From: Rhodosorus marinus CCMP1338
Lineage: Eukaryota > Plantae > Rhodophyta
Direction: 5' to 3'
Length of the DNA: 64,000 bases
NCBI GenBank assembly: GCA_029953675.1
Contig: JAMWBK010000002.1
Coordinates: forward strand, 2,790,001 to 2,854,000
This document shows, one piece after another, positions 24,101 to 35,675 of this stretch. Numbering within the stretch: the stretch's first letter is position 1; every line of letters starts with the position of its first letter. Under the pieces are notes generated by a model. It was not told the DNA's origin and did not search any database. It worked only from the letters and a program-made list of their open reading frames with translations. A program made the position numbers and the translations under genes.

Positions 24101-26301
24101 CACGTATTCCGCTCGTTTCGATACATACTAGTCAGAACCGCATTACAAACACCGAATGTATCGTCACACCCTGAAGCGGAAATCCAAGGTGTAAGCATAT
24201 TCATCAAAGTGGCTCCGCAAATGGGGAATTATCAGTTGGATAGCATGAGTTTGAAAAACTGTAAAAGTTTCAAGGTTTTCAAGAAAATAACGGAGCGGTG
24301 CAGCCTTTCAATTGTTTCTGGAAAACTCGGTTCAGCTTTGCCCATCAGCAGCTGAAAAACCAGATACATCCAAGGGGTATACTGAGGGCCTTTGAACTAT
24401 TTCGTGATATGTCTTTCCAAACCAATAAAAACATGAAAAAAACTCCAAAAAAGCCATTTCGATGAAAGTGAATCTTGTTTGTCAAGGGGGTTGAGTTGGA
24501 GAGTGGCTGCTGATTCATGCCCAATGGTGGACCCCGTGTTTTGCCCCGACGCTCTACCTACCCCCCTACAGAAGAGCTAAATTTCCTAACCTCGCAAATT
24601 TGTTTTTGTTTTTAGAATAATTTTGGGTATCATTTTTTTCGATTTCACTTTTTCACCAGGAACAATCCGAAAATTCTTTTAATGAACGAGAAACAATCAG
24701 GGATAAGAAAAAGAAACTTCAGTGCTTTGGCCAACCCCCCACCCCATTCCTGGGCCACGGTTTTACCCCGCCCCTGGTTCCTCATCTTCTCTCCACAAGG
24801 CAACACAGGTAAATTCCCCAAGCCATATGAGATGTGACCCATCTAAAAAAATCACTAATTCAGTTTTCGATATCACCATGGATTAATGGTCTCGCTATTT
24901 GTGATATATATCTAAGACTACAAAATAAGAAGGAGAGGGGTACCAATAGAGTCTTCCAGAATGGAAGCGCTACATACTCAATTTCTATAGGGGGGAGGTG
25001 AAATAAAGATTGTATTCTCGGAGTCTATTAGGGGTCCGATACAGTTACGTAGATGGTATAATTCATCTTCCACAACTATTTAAGCTGCATAATATAGTCT
25101 AACCGCTACGGATACCCCTTGGGCATAGAACTGAAGCAGCGGGACTCAAAATCCACTACTCCGACGCAAAACGAATAGTAGGAGTGGAACGACCGAGAGG
25201 TGTGCGTGTAGTTGGGTGAGGGGGGGGGAAAGTTCTAAAAAAACGGATAGAAAACGTTGATTAAGAGCAAGAATCTGGGCAGCACAATTGGAGAGCTTTT
25301 GAAAGATGAACGAGAGAATGCGGACAAATGCGGGGCGCCCTCTCCTAACTGCCAAACCGCACGAAACAGATACTACCAATTATCCTTTTTTTTCCTAGTT
25401 GTATAGTAGTAGTAACACAAATCCAAAGCACCATCATTTTGAGAACCCTTTTGAGGGGAAGAGCGAAACATTGCTGTTGTTTGGTTAGTATTGAGGCTTT
25501 TGCGACTTGTGCAGGTAAAAATCGGGCCTTTTGCACCTGTTCTCTTTTGTCCCCATTGGGGGAAAAAAAGGAGTCGCCTCCTGCCTTAAATTTACGACCT
25601 TTTGTAAACGATTTCGTACGATATTCACCATGGGACCTTTTTTGCGGTTCGAATTATCCTTTCTTTGGGACCCTATTGTCATAGACAGCCAGATAGTCTT
25701 CCGCCCACCCTTTTTCTTGATTTTCTTTTGTTTTAAAAAGGTACTGAGAAGGGAAGCTAAAAAGCATTAGGGCGCCATTCCTATTTTTTTTGTTTTGATA
25801 GGAGGCAAACGGGGGGGGGGGTCGCGTGGAGAAGGGGGGTTAAGCTTCACTCGTTGAAGGGGCAGTTGGCAGCGCGGCGTCCTGAGAATGGTCAGGGAGG
25901 GTGGGTCGGGGAGAAGATTGAGGTTTTGTTTAGGTGGAGGTCTGGCCGGTTCCGTCAAAGTTAGAGAGGAAGGTAGTTGGTGAATATTCCAGCTCCTCAC
26001 TGTTTTTTGGGTGGGTGTTTGAAGGTGGGAGGAGTAGCAGATATCTACATAGGGTTTTTTGTAAAGGTTTGGAGGACTGGTCGGTTGCGTTGGTTGCGGG
26101 GGCGTTTGGAGGGGCGTGTGTTGGGGGTGATTGAGGGAGGAAGGTCCTGTACGGATTGGTTTTTTTGTTTTTTTTTCGGGGTCGAGTTTGATGAGCTCGT
26201 AGAACAGCATTACGTTGGGGGCGGGATTTGCGTCGACTGCCGTGTCGAATTCTAAGTTTTTCGCTGACTGGTTTTGTGATTCCGTCAGCTTGTGCTTGGG
26301 C

Positions 26302-28286
26302 ATGGATGGGTTAATGACGTTTAAAGGGGATATTGGCAGGGCCATGTTGGCGGATGGGGGAGGGCCGGAGGCGGGCAACAGCGAGCCTGTTGGAACGACT
26401 GGAGCGTTTGTACCAGGTTACTTGGGGAAGGGAACTGCCGGAGATCGTAATGCAAACGATGCATCGACTCCGGTTAAGGATGCATCAATGCCGGCTTCGA
26501 AGGGTGTACAAATGTTCAGATGTACTGAGCCGGGGTGTGGAAAGTCTTTTAACAGAAAGTCGAATCTAAGAGCGCACGTAAGGGTTCACACAGGCGAGCA
26601 ACCCTACAAGTGTAAGGTTACGGGATGCAACAAATCTTTCAAGTGGAAGTCGTGTTTGTCAACGCACGAGCGAGTCCATATGCGGAGAAGAGCGACTCCA
26701 CCCGGCCCAGAGCTCGGCGGCGAGGAACCCTTGAACATTCGCCCTGCAATAGACCCCTATGTGCTGTCAAACCTTTTGCCACTCATTCAAGCGCATGGTG
26801 GCGGCACACCAGCAATGCAGTATTTGCAGCAAATGCAGCAACAAAGCGGGGTGAACAGTGTACAAATGCAGCAACAGATGGGCGGCGTGGTCGACGTCCA
26901 ACAACGACAAATGCAGCAGAACGGAGGCGTCGCTCCGGAGTATGCACAGCCGTTTATCTTGCAGGACGGACAAAAGCAAAATCATCATCAGCTTCAACTT
27001 CCAAAGAAGGATGCGCAACTTCCGATGGACATACTGAAGGAGAAACCACCTCTAGATCAACAGGACATGAGAAATCAGGCTGCTTTTGACGATTTTGACG
27101 TCCCTTTGAAGCCACAGCAGGCACCGCACAATCCTGAGCGCATGGTATGGAACTGCGAACTGCGGTACTATGCCGTTCTCCGTCGGAACCTGGACTGGAG
27201 AAGCCAGACTAAGGAGAGTTTGCCGTCTTCTCTCCCCACATAGGATAAGGAGTTCATTTCAAATGAACTGCCGCAATGGAACCCGGAGCCCGGCCGCTTC
27301 AGAGATGATGTAAGGGTACAAAATGTGAACGACGGCAACACCTACATGCTTGAAACACAGCCACAAGTCGTAATGTATCCGGACATCACCGAGGAAGAAG
27401 AGAGTAAGCCATTCTCAACAAACAGTCTTCCTTTCACTGTCATTTCTGCACAAGGGGTCCTTTGCACCACTACAAAAGTCCGGTTATGGAATGCTTTTGT
27501 CAGCGGTGTTAACACGGCCGTCTCACTTTTTTGTTGTGTTCTTTGCTCTGTTAGTGAGTAATTTGCAGGCAAAACTTTCCGAGAGGCTGCTAGAAGACCC
27601 CGATCAAAAGAATGCAAAAGGAAAGGAGGCCATGGGCAGTGGCTATGTTTCGAATCTACTCGCCAGCATGGAAGAAAACCGATTTGACCAGTCGAAGGAA
27701 TTGCCGTTCCCGCAGTCAAAGCTTGGGCGGGATGTTGACCCGCTCTCAATGAACGTCATGAGCTCAAACAGTTGGTCTGGATTAATGCCGGACGCGAGTT
27801 CATTCGAAAAGAAGAGCCTGGCGTCGTCGCGATTTTTGCTTGGCTCAAGCTTGGAGAAACAGACGTCGCAGGCAATGCTTCCCAACAACGCCAGACCACT
27901 GGGAATCAGCATCAACTCACCAGGTTTCCAAAGCATGATTCCGCTAAGTGGAAACCCAGCGGACTTCACTAACACGGACCCGCAACCGAGCTTTGCGGAG
28001 TTCTTTAACAAGTACGTGCTTCAACGTTTTTGGTTGTCCTCTGCATAAGGGTGGCAGCTTGATTCTTAATCTCGTGTTTCCTTTGTTCTCCTTGTTTTAC
28101 AGTGGACAAGGAAATTCCAGGAAAGGATCTTTCCGAGGTTTCTCCAGCCAGAGGTCGGTGCTTAGCAATGGATCTTCTCGTTCAGCCAGTAGAATATGGG
28201 CCGCCGCGGCAATGTCGAACAGGCAGCTGCTCAGTATGAACCAAGATGACAATCCAGCGGGTGGTGGGGGTCGCGCGTTTTCTTAG
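26302..28286 (+). CDS. C2H2 zinc-finger transcription factor (2 fingers, Q-rich region), multi-exon
   Basis: FRCTEPGCGKSFNRKSNLRAHVRVH-TGEQPY-KCKVTGCNKSFKWKSCLSTHERVH with a canonical linker, then a Gln-rich activation-like region. GT-AG introns after ERM (about 27142) and downstream. Confidence 0.93.
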
Positions 28287-28746
28287 AGCGTGCACGTCGT
28301 GATGGATTCTATGGTTTAATCGAAACGGAAGTGTTGTGACAGCAGCACTTCGCTTGCACAGAAACCCGGGTATCGAAGTGATTTGGTATAGAATGGTTGT
28401 GAAGGAATAGTGTCATTCGGACAGTACTCCAAAAATCTAGCGTGAAAACAGTTGTGGTAGCGAACGAGCTGGGTGAACGTGGTGCTCGTGGTCCTTTTTT
28501 TTGGCGTTGTTTCTTCTGTACAAATATCGTTGTGGCAGCAGCGCTATCAGACTGTTCCGTATGGCCCGCAGCGGTGAGCAGGGCCAAGTTTGTCCTTTGG
28601 GTTCTTCGTCACGGGCATATGTGGAAGGAGAATTTCGTGAGATTGGGCTGAGCGCGGGGCTTGCTTTATGAAATAGTCTTGACGAGATCGCTCCCAGTGG
28701 CACAAAATATGAAGAGAGTTTGCCGCTATTCTTTAGTGTTTAATAT

Positions 28747-29788
28747 TTACAGGTAGTCACTCAATGTTGACTTTTCGTGCCTGAGAAATATAGCAGGACG
28801 TACTATAAAAGTTTGCAAAAGAAACTCGTAAGCTGCAAATTGGAAAAGGATGGAGTAGACTGTCCAGTTCAACACGCTCATACGTTTTGCAGCACAGACG
28901 AGCATCCAGCATGTTGCTGACCAAGTTATTAAGCTGAAGATGTTCAAGGGTGAAACACGCAACAGCGAGAAACCGCTCGGTGCTTCATGCCGAAGAAATA
29001 AACCTCGGCCGACAGAGAGCTGACAACAGGATACTCGCTCACGGGAAGGGATGCACAATCTCAACTGAGTTTTGTAGCTCCTCAGTAAATTTCTCCAGCA
29101 GTTCGTCCAGAGTGGATTCAAATGCACTGAGAATTTCCCGTCTGTGCGATTCTATCAAAGATGAGATTGACGCCTTGAACTCTTCGGCGTCTGCACGATC
29201 GAGCACGCGTTTTCTCAACCTTGGGGCGGTTTCTTCAAGACGCTTCCTCTCTCGTCGGTAGTCCGAACCACGGTATTCGGGGGGACTCACAGTAGGCTCT
29301 CCTTGAAAAGCGTTCGGCGCAGCCAAGTTTTGCTGCTTCCTCATAATGTCGCGCAGTAGAATGATACAGCCCTTCCAATCGTCGGGAACCATCCTGCATC
29401 CACCGTCATCGACATGTTGAATTCCTGGGATTCCACCATATAGCCTACAAACTCGCTTGACACGCTTAGACATAGCGTTGCAGGAGCATTTGAGTGGCTC
29501 CGTCACACTGCGGTGAACTCGAAGCCATTTTCCACCATCGCCTTGAGGCTCGGAGTCCCTCTCGGTACCAGCCTTGAAGGGGAAAACAACATACACCTGT
29601 CTGAGTACGGACTCTGCGGTGTGCGGATCCCACTTGGATCGATTTGTCCCTTCTAACTGCTTGATGACGGCGAGTAGACCAGCGACTTGAAACTCCACAA
29701 GCGGAAGCTCCCCTCGAATTCCGTCCGGTTCAGAATCGTCATGAAACTCCGCACCTTCCCACGTTCTCTTCACCATGGCGTCATTCAC
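28747..29788 (-). CDS. Hypothetical protein with coiled-coil and C-terminal hydrophobic segment
   Basis: 249-codon ORF 29039..29788. An intron starting GTGAGC joins an exon encoding LITWSATCWMLVCAAKRMSVLNWTVYSILFQFAAYEFLLQTFIV. Start codon uncertain and no family recognised. Confidence 0.65.
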
Positions 29789-30321
29789 CGTTGTCTTCTT
29801 TGTGAGCTATGAACGTCCACGTTTTCTCGATAACGAGTGCAGTCCAACACCGAGTCTTGCTATCAATGGGATGCTGCCCCTCCCTGGTTCCCGATTGAGT
29901 CGGTTGGCGGCTGCCATCATCACGAACAGTTTGGATACCAAACGATGGGGATGCTGGTGCTACGCTTCGAGGCTTCGATAGGCATACTCGCATAGAATCG
30001 CTTGGACAGGCGGTGTTAGGTCTACTTCAGCTTGCCCGGAACAAGTCAAACCGCTACTTAAGAAAATCATAAACGCTGGCGTTTTTGAGCTGGAAATGCA
30101 TATGCTTTTTGGGAGAAGGTTGTCATGATGTTCGAGTGTGTAGGGATGGATTCAGCTTGTCCTAGCTTCTCTCACGGCAATGCGTACTTTCCTTACTATT
30201 TTGCACGTGAAGGTCGACTCTTGATTTAAGTAGACGTGAGTGAAGCTCAGAAGGGTAGTAAAAGCAGGCTAAAATGGTTTTTATTCTCGTTAAAACGAAA
30301 TAGTAAATAGATGTCTCGCAC

Positions 30322-30618
30322 TCAATGCTCTCCGTTCTGTCCGTTCTCGGGATGTTCCCCACTGTCAAGATGAACGTCACCGTGTTCACCGTGTTCACCG
30401 TGTTCGCCGTGACCGTGTTTCCCCTTACCGTGCAAGTGCTCGCCCCCCGGAGGCCCGTGGTACGCTGGGCCATAGATGGCCAACCTCGCCTGATCAAACG
30501 CAGCGAACACCAAAAAGGCGCCAATCCCATACGTCATCCCAGGCCAAATTCTGGCAATCATTTTCCAGTGGCTCAGCTCCGGGTGATGCTTCCATGACTG
30601 CAACGGCTTTGAGAACAT
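30322..30618 (-). CDS. NDUFB3: Complex I accessory subunit B12/NDUFB3 with His-rich C-terminal tail
   Basis: WKHHPELSHWKMIARIWPGMTYGIGAFLVF matches the plant/algal B12 pattern WRxHPxL...PGxxxGxxAF. Single TM, intronless. Confidence 0.8.
   Translation of the reverse strand: MFSKPLQSWKHHPELSHWKMIARIWPGMTYGIGAFLVFAAFDQARLAIYGPAYHGPPGGEHLHGKGKHGHGEHGEHGEHGDVHLDSGEHPENGQNGEH
30377..30411. repeat. 9-bp coding tandem repeat (TCACCGTGT)3+ encoding (HGE)n
   Basis: Read directly from the sequence; it lies in the NDUFB3 tail. Confidence 0.9.
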
Positions 30619-32172
30619 CCTTCCTCCTTCCTCCCTCTCCAACAAAACAATTTTTTTTCAAAACTAAAAGGAAAAAAAAGGAGAGAAAAACCTCACTTAG
30701 ACCGCACCTATTGCTCTCCCTTCCTCTATCGCTTGATGTACTATTGATTATATCACCAAATAGTCCTTCCCCCTCAAGTACAAAAATTCCTTCAGCCTTC
30801 AGCCTATGCCTCGTCCTCCCCTCAAGCCCGGCCCCAACACCTCTGTGACCCGGCTCTCCCACATCGCATCCTTTTATCTCCTCAGGAAACCTCTTAAAAC
30901 TATTTTCTCAAAACATGCTTTTCACCGAAGCTCATCGTGTTTGCGGAGTTGTTACGGTTAGGATGAATGAACGCGGTCTGGAGGTGTCTTTTTAGCTCCA
31001 CTCGGTAATGCACAAGTGCTTTGTATTGAGATTTGATAACAGAGAGCCTAAGACGACCCCTAGTCGTTTTCAGACCAATATTTTGAGGAGTGAAAACGGA
31101 CCTTTGTTTCTGCTTTTGGGAAAAGTTGAGGTCGTACAGAGTTAGCGTTTCGCACTTGTCTCTGGTTTTTTTATTCCCCCAACTGAAAAGCCTGAAAGGC
31201 CTCCTTGAGGATTGTCCTAGAAGCGCCCTCACCCAGGCATTGTGTGGCAGATGCCCTCTTCGTTTGGCGGGGGGCTAGTTGGGATCAAGTCTGTGTTTGA
31301 GTAGTTTTGATTTCGTTTCGTTGATATTGAACTAAAACACGATTCTCCCCCCCTTTCTCGAATCAGATTATCGGCAGCTTTTCTATCCGAGCCACAATCT
31401 GCTCTTCAATATAGATCGTTTATCAGTGGGATTTGCCGAGCCATTTGGGATTGTCTACTGCGGTGTGCCTGTAGATCCGATCGCCCATCTTCTCTGTTCG
31501 AATCTTGCTCAACTCACAGCACATCTAAGGTCAGCGAGGAAGTCGACACAAGCTCAGTTGGATTCATGACCTGGGTCACGTGGTTGCATGCTAGAAAGGA
31601 ATTAAGCTCACAAAAAGCGACCTGCTTATTGTCGCCAGAAAGAAAGTTCTATCACCGCACGTTTGTCTCCGGATTCTTTCAGCGTCCGTTTTCTTCGCGG
31701 AGGGGCACTTCGGATGTTCCGCCTCCAAACCCTGGTTCATAATCCTCCTGAGGCGCTTCCTAGCCCCTCCAGCGTTTTAGTTAGTGACGTTCTCCAAGCG
31801 ACTTAGGACAGTTTTTATGAATCGAGTCTCGCCCAGTCTATGTACCCAGGTTCTCTTCATCGCTCAGCCCCACGCGCGGTTCGTGTGACGGGTTGCGGCG
31901 CTCAAAATGACGATAGCTACGTCAGAGCATGTTCAAGCTCAGGAAACAAGTGCGCCGGCTCTGCTAGGCCTCTTTCTCGCTTGTTTCAGGATTCGTATTC
32001 CCATCCTTTCCTCTTCGACTGCCAGTATTCCACCTTCTCGCAGTGCATTGTGATCGCTCTCGTGAAGCAACACGACGTCTCCCAATCCTCCGGGTTTGTC
32101 CTTCTGCGGTACCGGGCCTGCAGTTTCAGTGGTCTCCGGGATAGGGAATTTTTAGCAGCAGCCACCTGAAGG

Positions 32173-32907
32173 TTACTGATCTTCGATCATTCTCACGAAG
32201 GAAACATTGCAGTATGGCTCCCTAGTTATTTGAGTTTCCGAAATCTTTGTGATCACGTCAAGGCGCTGAACTGCGGTTCCAACCGGGATTATCAACCGAC
32301 CGCCCACGGCAAGCTGTTCAACGAGCACGTTCGGGATTTTCGGCGGAGAAGCAGCAACTATGATTAGATTGTACGGTGCATGTTCTTCCCATCCCTGATA
32401 ACCATTTCCTTGCTTCACGCGTACGTTGTTGTAGCCCAAACGAGACAACCGTTCTTCAGCGGAGGATGCCAAATCCGCAGAAATCTCAACAGAGTACACC
32501 TCGTTTACTAGCTCGGAGAGGATGGCTGCTTGGTAACCAGAACCTGTCCCAATATCCAAAGCACGATGGTAGTCCCTTGGCTTGGCGAGTTGGGTCATCA
32601 ACGCAACTATGTAGGGCTGAGAAATAGTCGCTTGCGAGTCCAAAGGCAGCGGATGATCTCCATAGGAATTGTGCACTAGAGGTTTGGGTACGAATTCTTC
32701 TCTAGGAACCTCCTTCATCGCAGCCAACACATGTCCGTCTGTAATATCCCTACCTCGTAAATGCAGTTTGAGCATCTTCTCCTTAGCCAGCGCCAGTTTT
32801 TGAACATCCCAGTCGTTTAGCTCGGATGTGCTTGACATCGCTTTCTTTCCAACAGCCACATGAAACCCTCCGCATGAATTCCTCCTTCCAACAAGCCTCA
32901 AAAGCAT
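32173..32907 (-). CDS. pcm: Protein-L-isoaspartate O-methyltransferase, bacterial Pcm type, with mitochondrial-like presequence; intronless
   Basis: VPREEFVP, YGDHPLPL..ATISQPYIVALMT, ALDIGTGSGYQAAILSEL, VYSVE, GNGYQGWEEHAPYNLIIVAA, LAVGGRLIIPVG. Confidence 0.96.
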   Translation of the reverse strand: MLLRLVGRRNSCGGFHVAVGKKAMSSTSELNDWDVQKLALAKEKMLKLHLRGRDITDGHVLAAMKEVPREEFVPKPLVHNSYGDHPLPLDSQATISQPYIVALMTQLAKPRDYHRALDIGTGSGYQAAILSELVNEVYSVEISADLASSAEERLSRLGYNNVRVKQGNGYQGWEEHAPYNLIIVAASPPKIPNVLVEQLAVGGRLIIPVGTAVQRLDVITKISETQITREPYCNVSFVRMIEDQ

Positions 32908-35095
32908 TCGCAAACGTTTGCAACTTCCTCACCCCAGACACAAAAATTTCAACAAGTTCCTCGACGACTCACAAAATTCTGGCAGCTTCAAAAAGACTTC
33001 TCCTAATGTACTCTTCAAAAAGTCCGAAGCCTAAGACAAGTTTTCACCCACATCCTTCCAACCCCACTTCAAATACTCCTTCACTTTACTCACAAAAGCT
33101 GAAGCAGAGATGTAAGTACTCTGGAACTCTGTTGAGAACTTCCCATATAGAAGGCCGGTTCACTGCACTCGAAACTCTGCCACACCCATCATGACTGGTT
33201 TTTCAATTGGAAAAAAATGCCCATCGGATCTAAATTTCATTCTGAACATCCCACGCAAATACGGAACGCATCCACAGTATACAGACGAGCTGTCCACCTC
33301 GTCGAGGCCAGCGACATGTCAACGTAAAAGCATAGCCGAGCGCTTGCAAAGGATAGTTTTCACAGTTCCAAGGTACATGCTTTGTAATGGAGAACTTTCA
33401 CAGTTCTTGTTTATAACAACGAATTCCAACGCTTTCAACAATGCAAAAGCCCCGCGGATCCACGAGCTGCGGGCACCTCCCGACTTTCGACAACATTACG
33501 CACCCCCAACCAAAAAAAAACAAACTAACAGCTTTCGACGTGAGCGAAGACTGCCAAAATCTACAGGGGACCACAGCTCAGATATTGTTGACTGGAGATA
33601 TAAAAAACAAAGAAGAAGGATAAAAACCACAACTACTCAGATACTACCCCAACACGCGCACACACAAACCAAAAGCGTTTCTGTAGTCTTCATCCTCAAG
33701 CAACCTCCCCAAACCAAGAAGGAAATCACTGATCATCACCCGCAGTCATTTTAAATAGAAAAATCAATCAACTATATATGGAAGGAAAAGGAGGCCAGGC
33801 TGTCCTTTCAAAGGACAGGTTGGCCGTTCATTTTCACTGCGTGCAAAAGAACTCTATCCGCGCAGAGCATAGACACAGCGCAAATAAACTTATGATATAT
33901 TATATATTTATAGATAATATATTATAATAGGCAGCTTGGGGGTGATTTGCATTTTATCATATTTAAGAAAATATATGATGTGTTGGTTTTTAATTTATAC
34001 CATTCATATGTTTAAATTTGAAAAATATATACTTTATAACCGTTAACCTTTTTATTGTGTTTGGCCAAACACTCCACCTTTGGGTGGAGTTGAAAACGGT
34101 GGGTCTGAGCCATGCCTCCAATTGCCCCAATCCAAGAATGACGCGGATTTCAAGGGTCGTGATGCCCTATTGGTCCCATTATCAAGCCATATCGCGCATT
34201 CTAACCTGACACGTTCAGATTCTCATGCCCCAATGCTTGATGTGGAGGGGGGGGTTTGGTTGGATGCAGGTGGAGAGACGAAGGAACAGGTCACATTTTA
34301 GAACGATCGGAGCCTCTTCACTCGCGAATTGGATCGTGGATCTCAGACGTCAGCGGAGATGCAGGAACAGTGCGACAGGGAAGGGTAGTACTGCAGGTAG
34401 GACGTCGACTGAGCTTTGTTGGGTACTACGCAGTAGAGAACGAGTTGTTCATTTTCGTGGCTATTGTATTTTGTTTACCCACTTTCAGACTCCTAGAAGA
34501 ATGCAAGGTCAGACTACTCTCTCTCCTAGGGTCGCCTCCCTTACTGGACAACGTGCTACCAGTTTGAGCTGGAGGGGCAGCAGGCTTTCACAAGGCCCGG
34601 TCAGCATCTTGCAATGAGGCAAGTTTGTCATGATATTCAAATAAATCTACTTGACACGGGGCGTTCAGCCTCCAGAACGTGCCCCAAAACCAAGAAGGAC
34701 CCGAATTTTATCATAATCTCGTTGCGGAATGCCCCATTGCCGCCGGGCCCACCTTAGGATGCTAATTTGCGAAAGAAGCTAGTAAGATGTTAGGAGGGAT
34801 AGTACTATCATTGATTTGCTTCTTCCTTTCGAGGATACTAGAAATCACGATTTTTTAAGTACTTTTTGTAAACTTCCCTCTTGCTTCGTCCGAGTTTGGG
34901 ACTCGTTAAGATCTAGGGCTTGGGGAGGCCCAATTAACGGGTGGTGTTGTTCTGGCCACTTTGGGTATTGCGACTAATACTAACAAAATCGTAGAGAGCT
35001 TACGACTGTAATCGCGCACGCTTGCTTGCCAAGAGGGATAGTCCTCAATCCGTTGCTCTACACTGGGCCCCCTTTGCCTGGAACTTTTTTGCTTT

Positions 35096-35110
35096 GTGTG
35101 TGTGTGTGTG
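35096..35110. repeat. (GT)7 microsatellite
   Basis: gtgtgtgtgtgtgtg read directly. Confidence 0.9.
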
Positions 35111-35675
35111 AACCCATCTCGTCCGGGCTCCCGAATTTTCTCGCCGTTGCAGGACGTGCGAGAATCTCCCCCGCTCCCGGGCTCTCGACTCTGGCTTTTC
35201 GCCTATGTTGAACTCTTTCAAAACAAATCCTGCTGCATGGGTTTTGATCTCACCGCGTACACGTTGAAAAGCTATCAGCCTCTGAAAACCGATAAGAATT
35301 TACCCCGCACCAAAAGCAGAAACGCTCACAAAAATCAATAACCTGATTCTGGGACTCTGCTGCTCGTTTGGAAGACGTGGAAGGAAGTCTCTCTTTTTCA
35401 GACGAGAAAAATACGGTTTTTGGAAGTGTGGAGCGGCTTGCGGGCAAGTTCACGAGCAGATAATGCTTTTCGTGTGTGTTCCTGTTGAAGGGTTTGGATC
35501 TTATAAGAGCACGTTGGGATCGGGAAGAAGGGTGGATCTGTGGTGCGTTTGGGCGATTTGGGGAGGTTGAGGAATTTGTTTTGGGGGTGGTTTTGGGTTG
35601 TGTGTGAAGAAGTTTTTGTTTGATGTGAGTTGCTTGCCTTGTTTGTTCCTTTTGTTTCTTTTTTGGGGAGAGAGG

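Noticed and set aside
25767-26378. 203-aa Pro-rich minus-strand ORF
   Set aside because: A by-product of the G/T-skewed 5' leader of the C2H2 gene; no domain-like content.
35270-35370. TPP riboswitch upstream of thiO (AACCTGAT present)
   Set aside because: The CTGAG and GG.TAAT.CC.GCG.AGGGA elements are missing. Neither thiO intron shows the aptamer. An Infernal RF00059 scan would be decisive.
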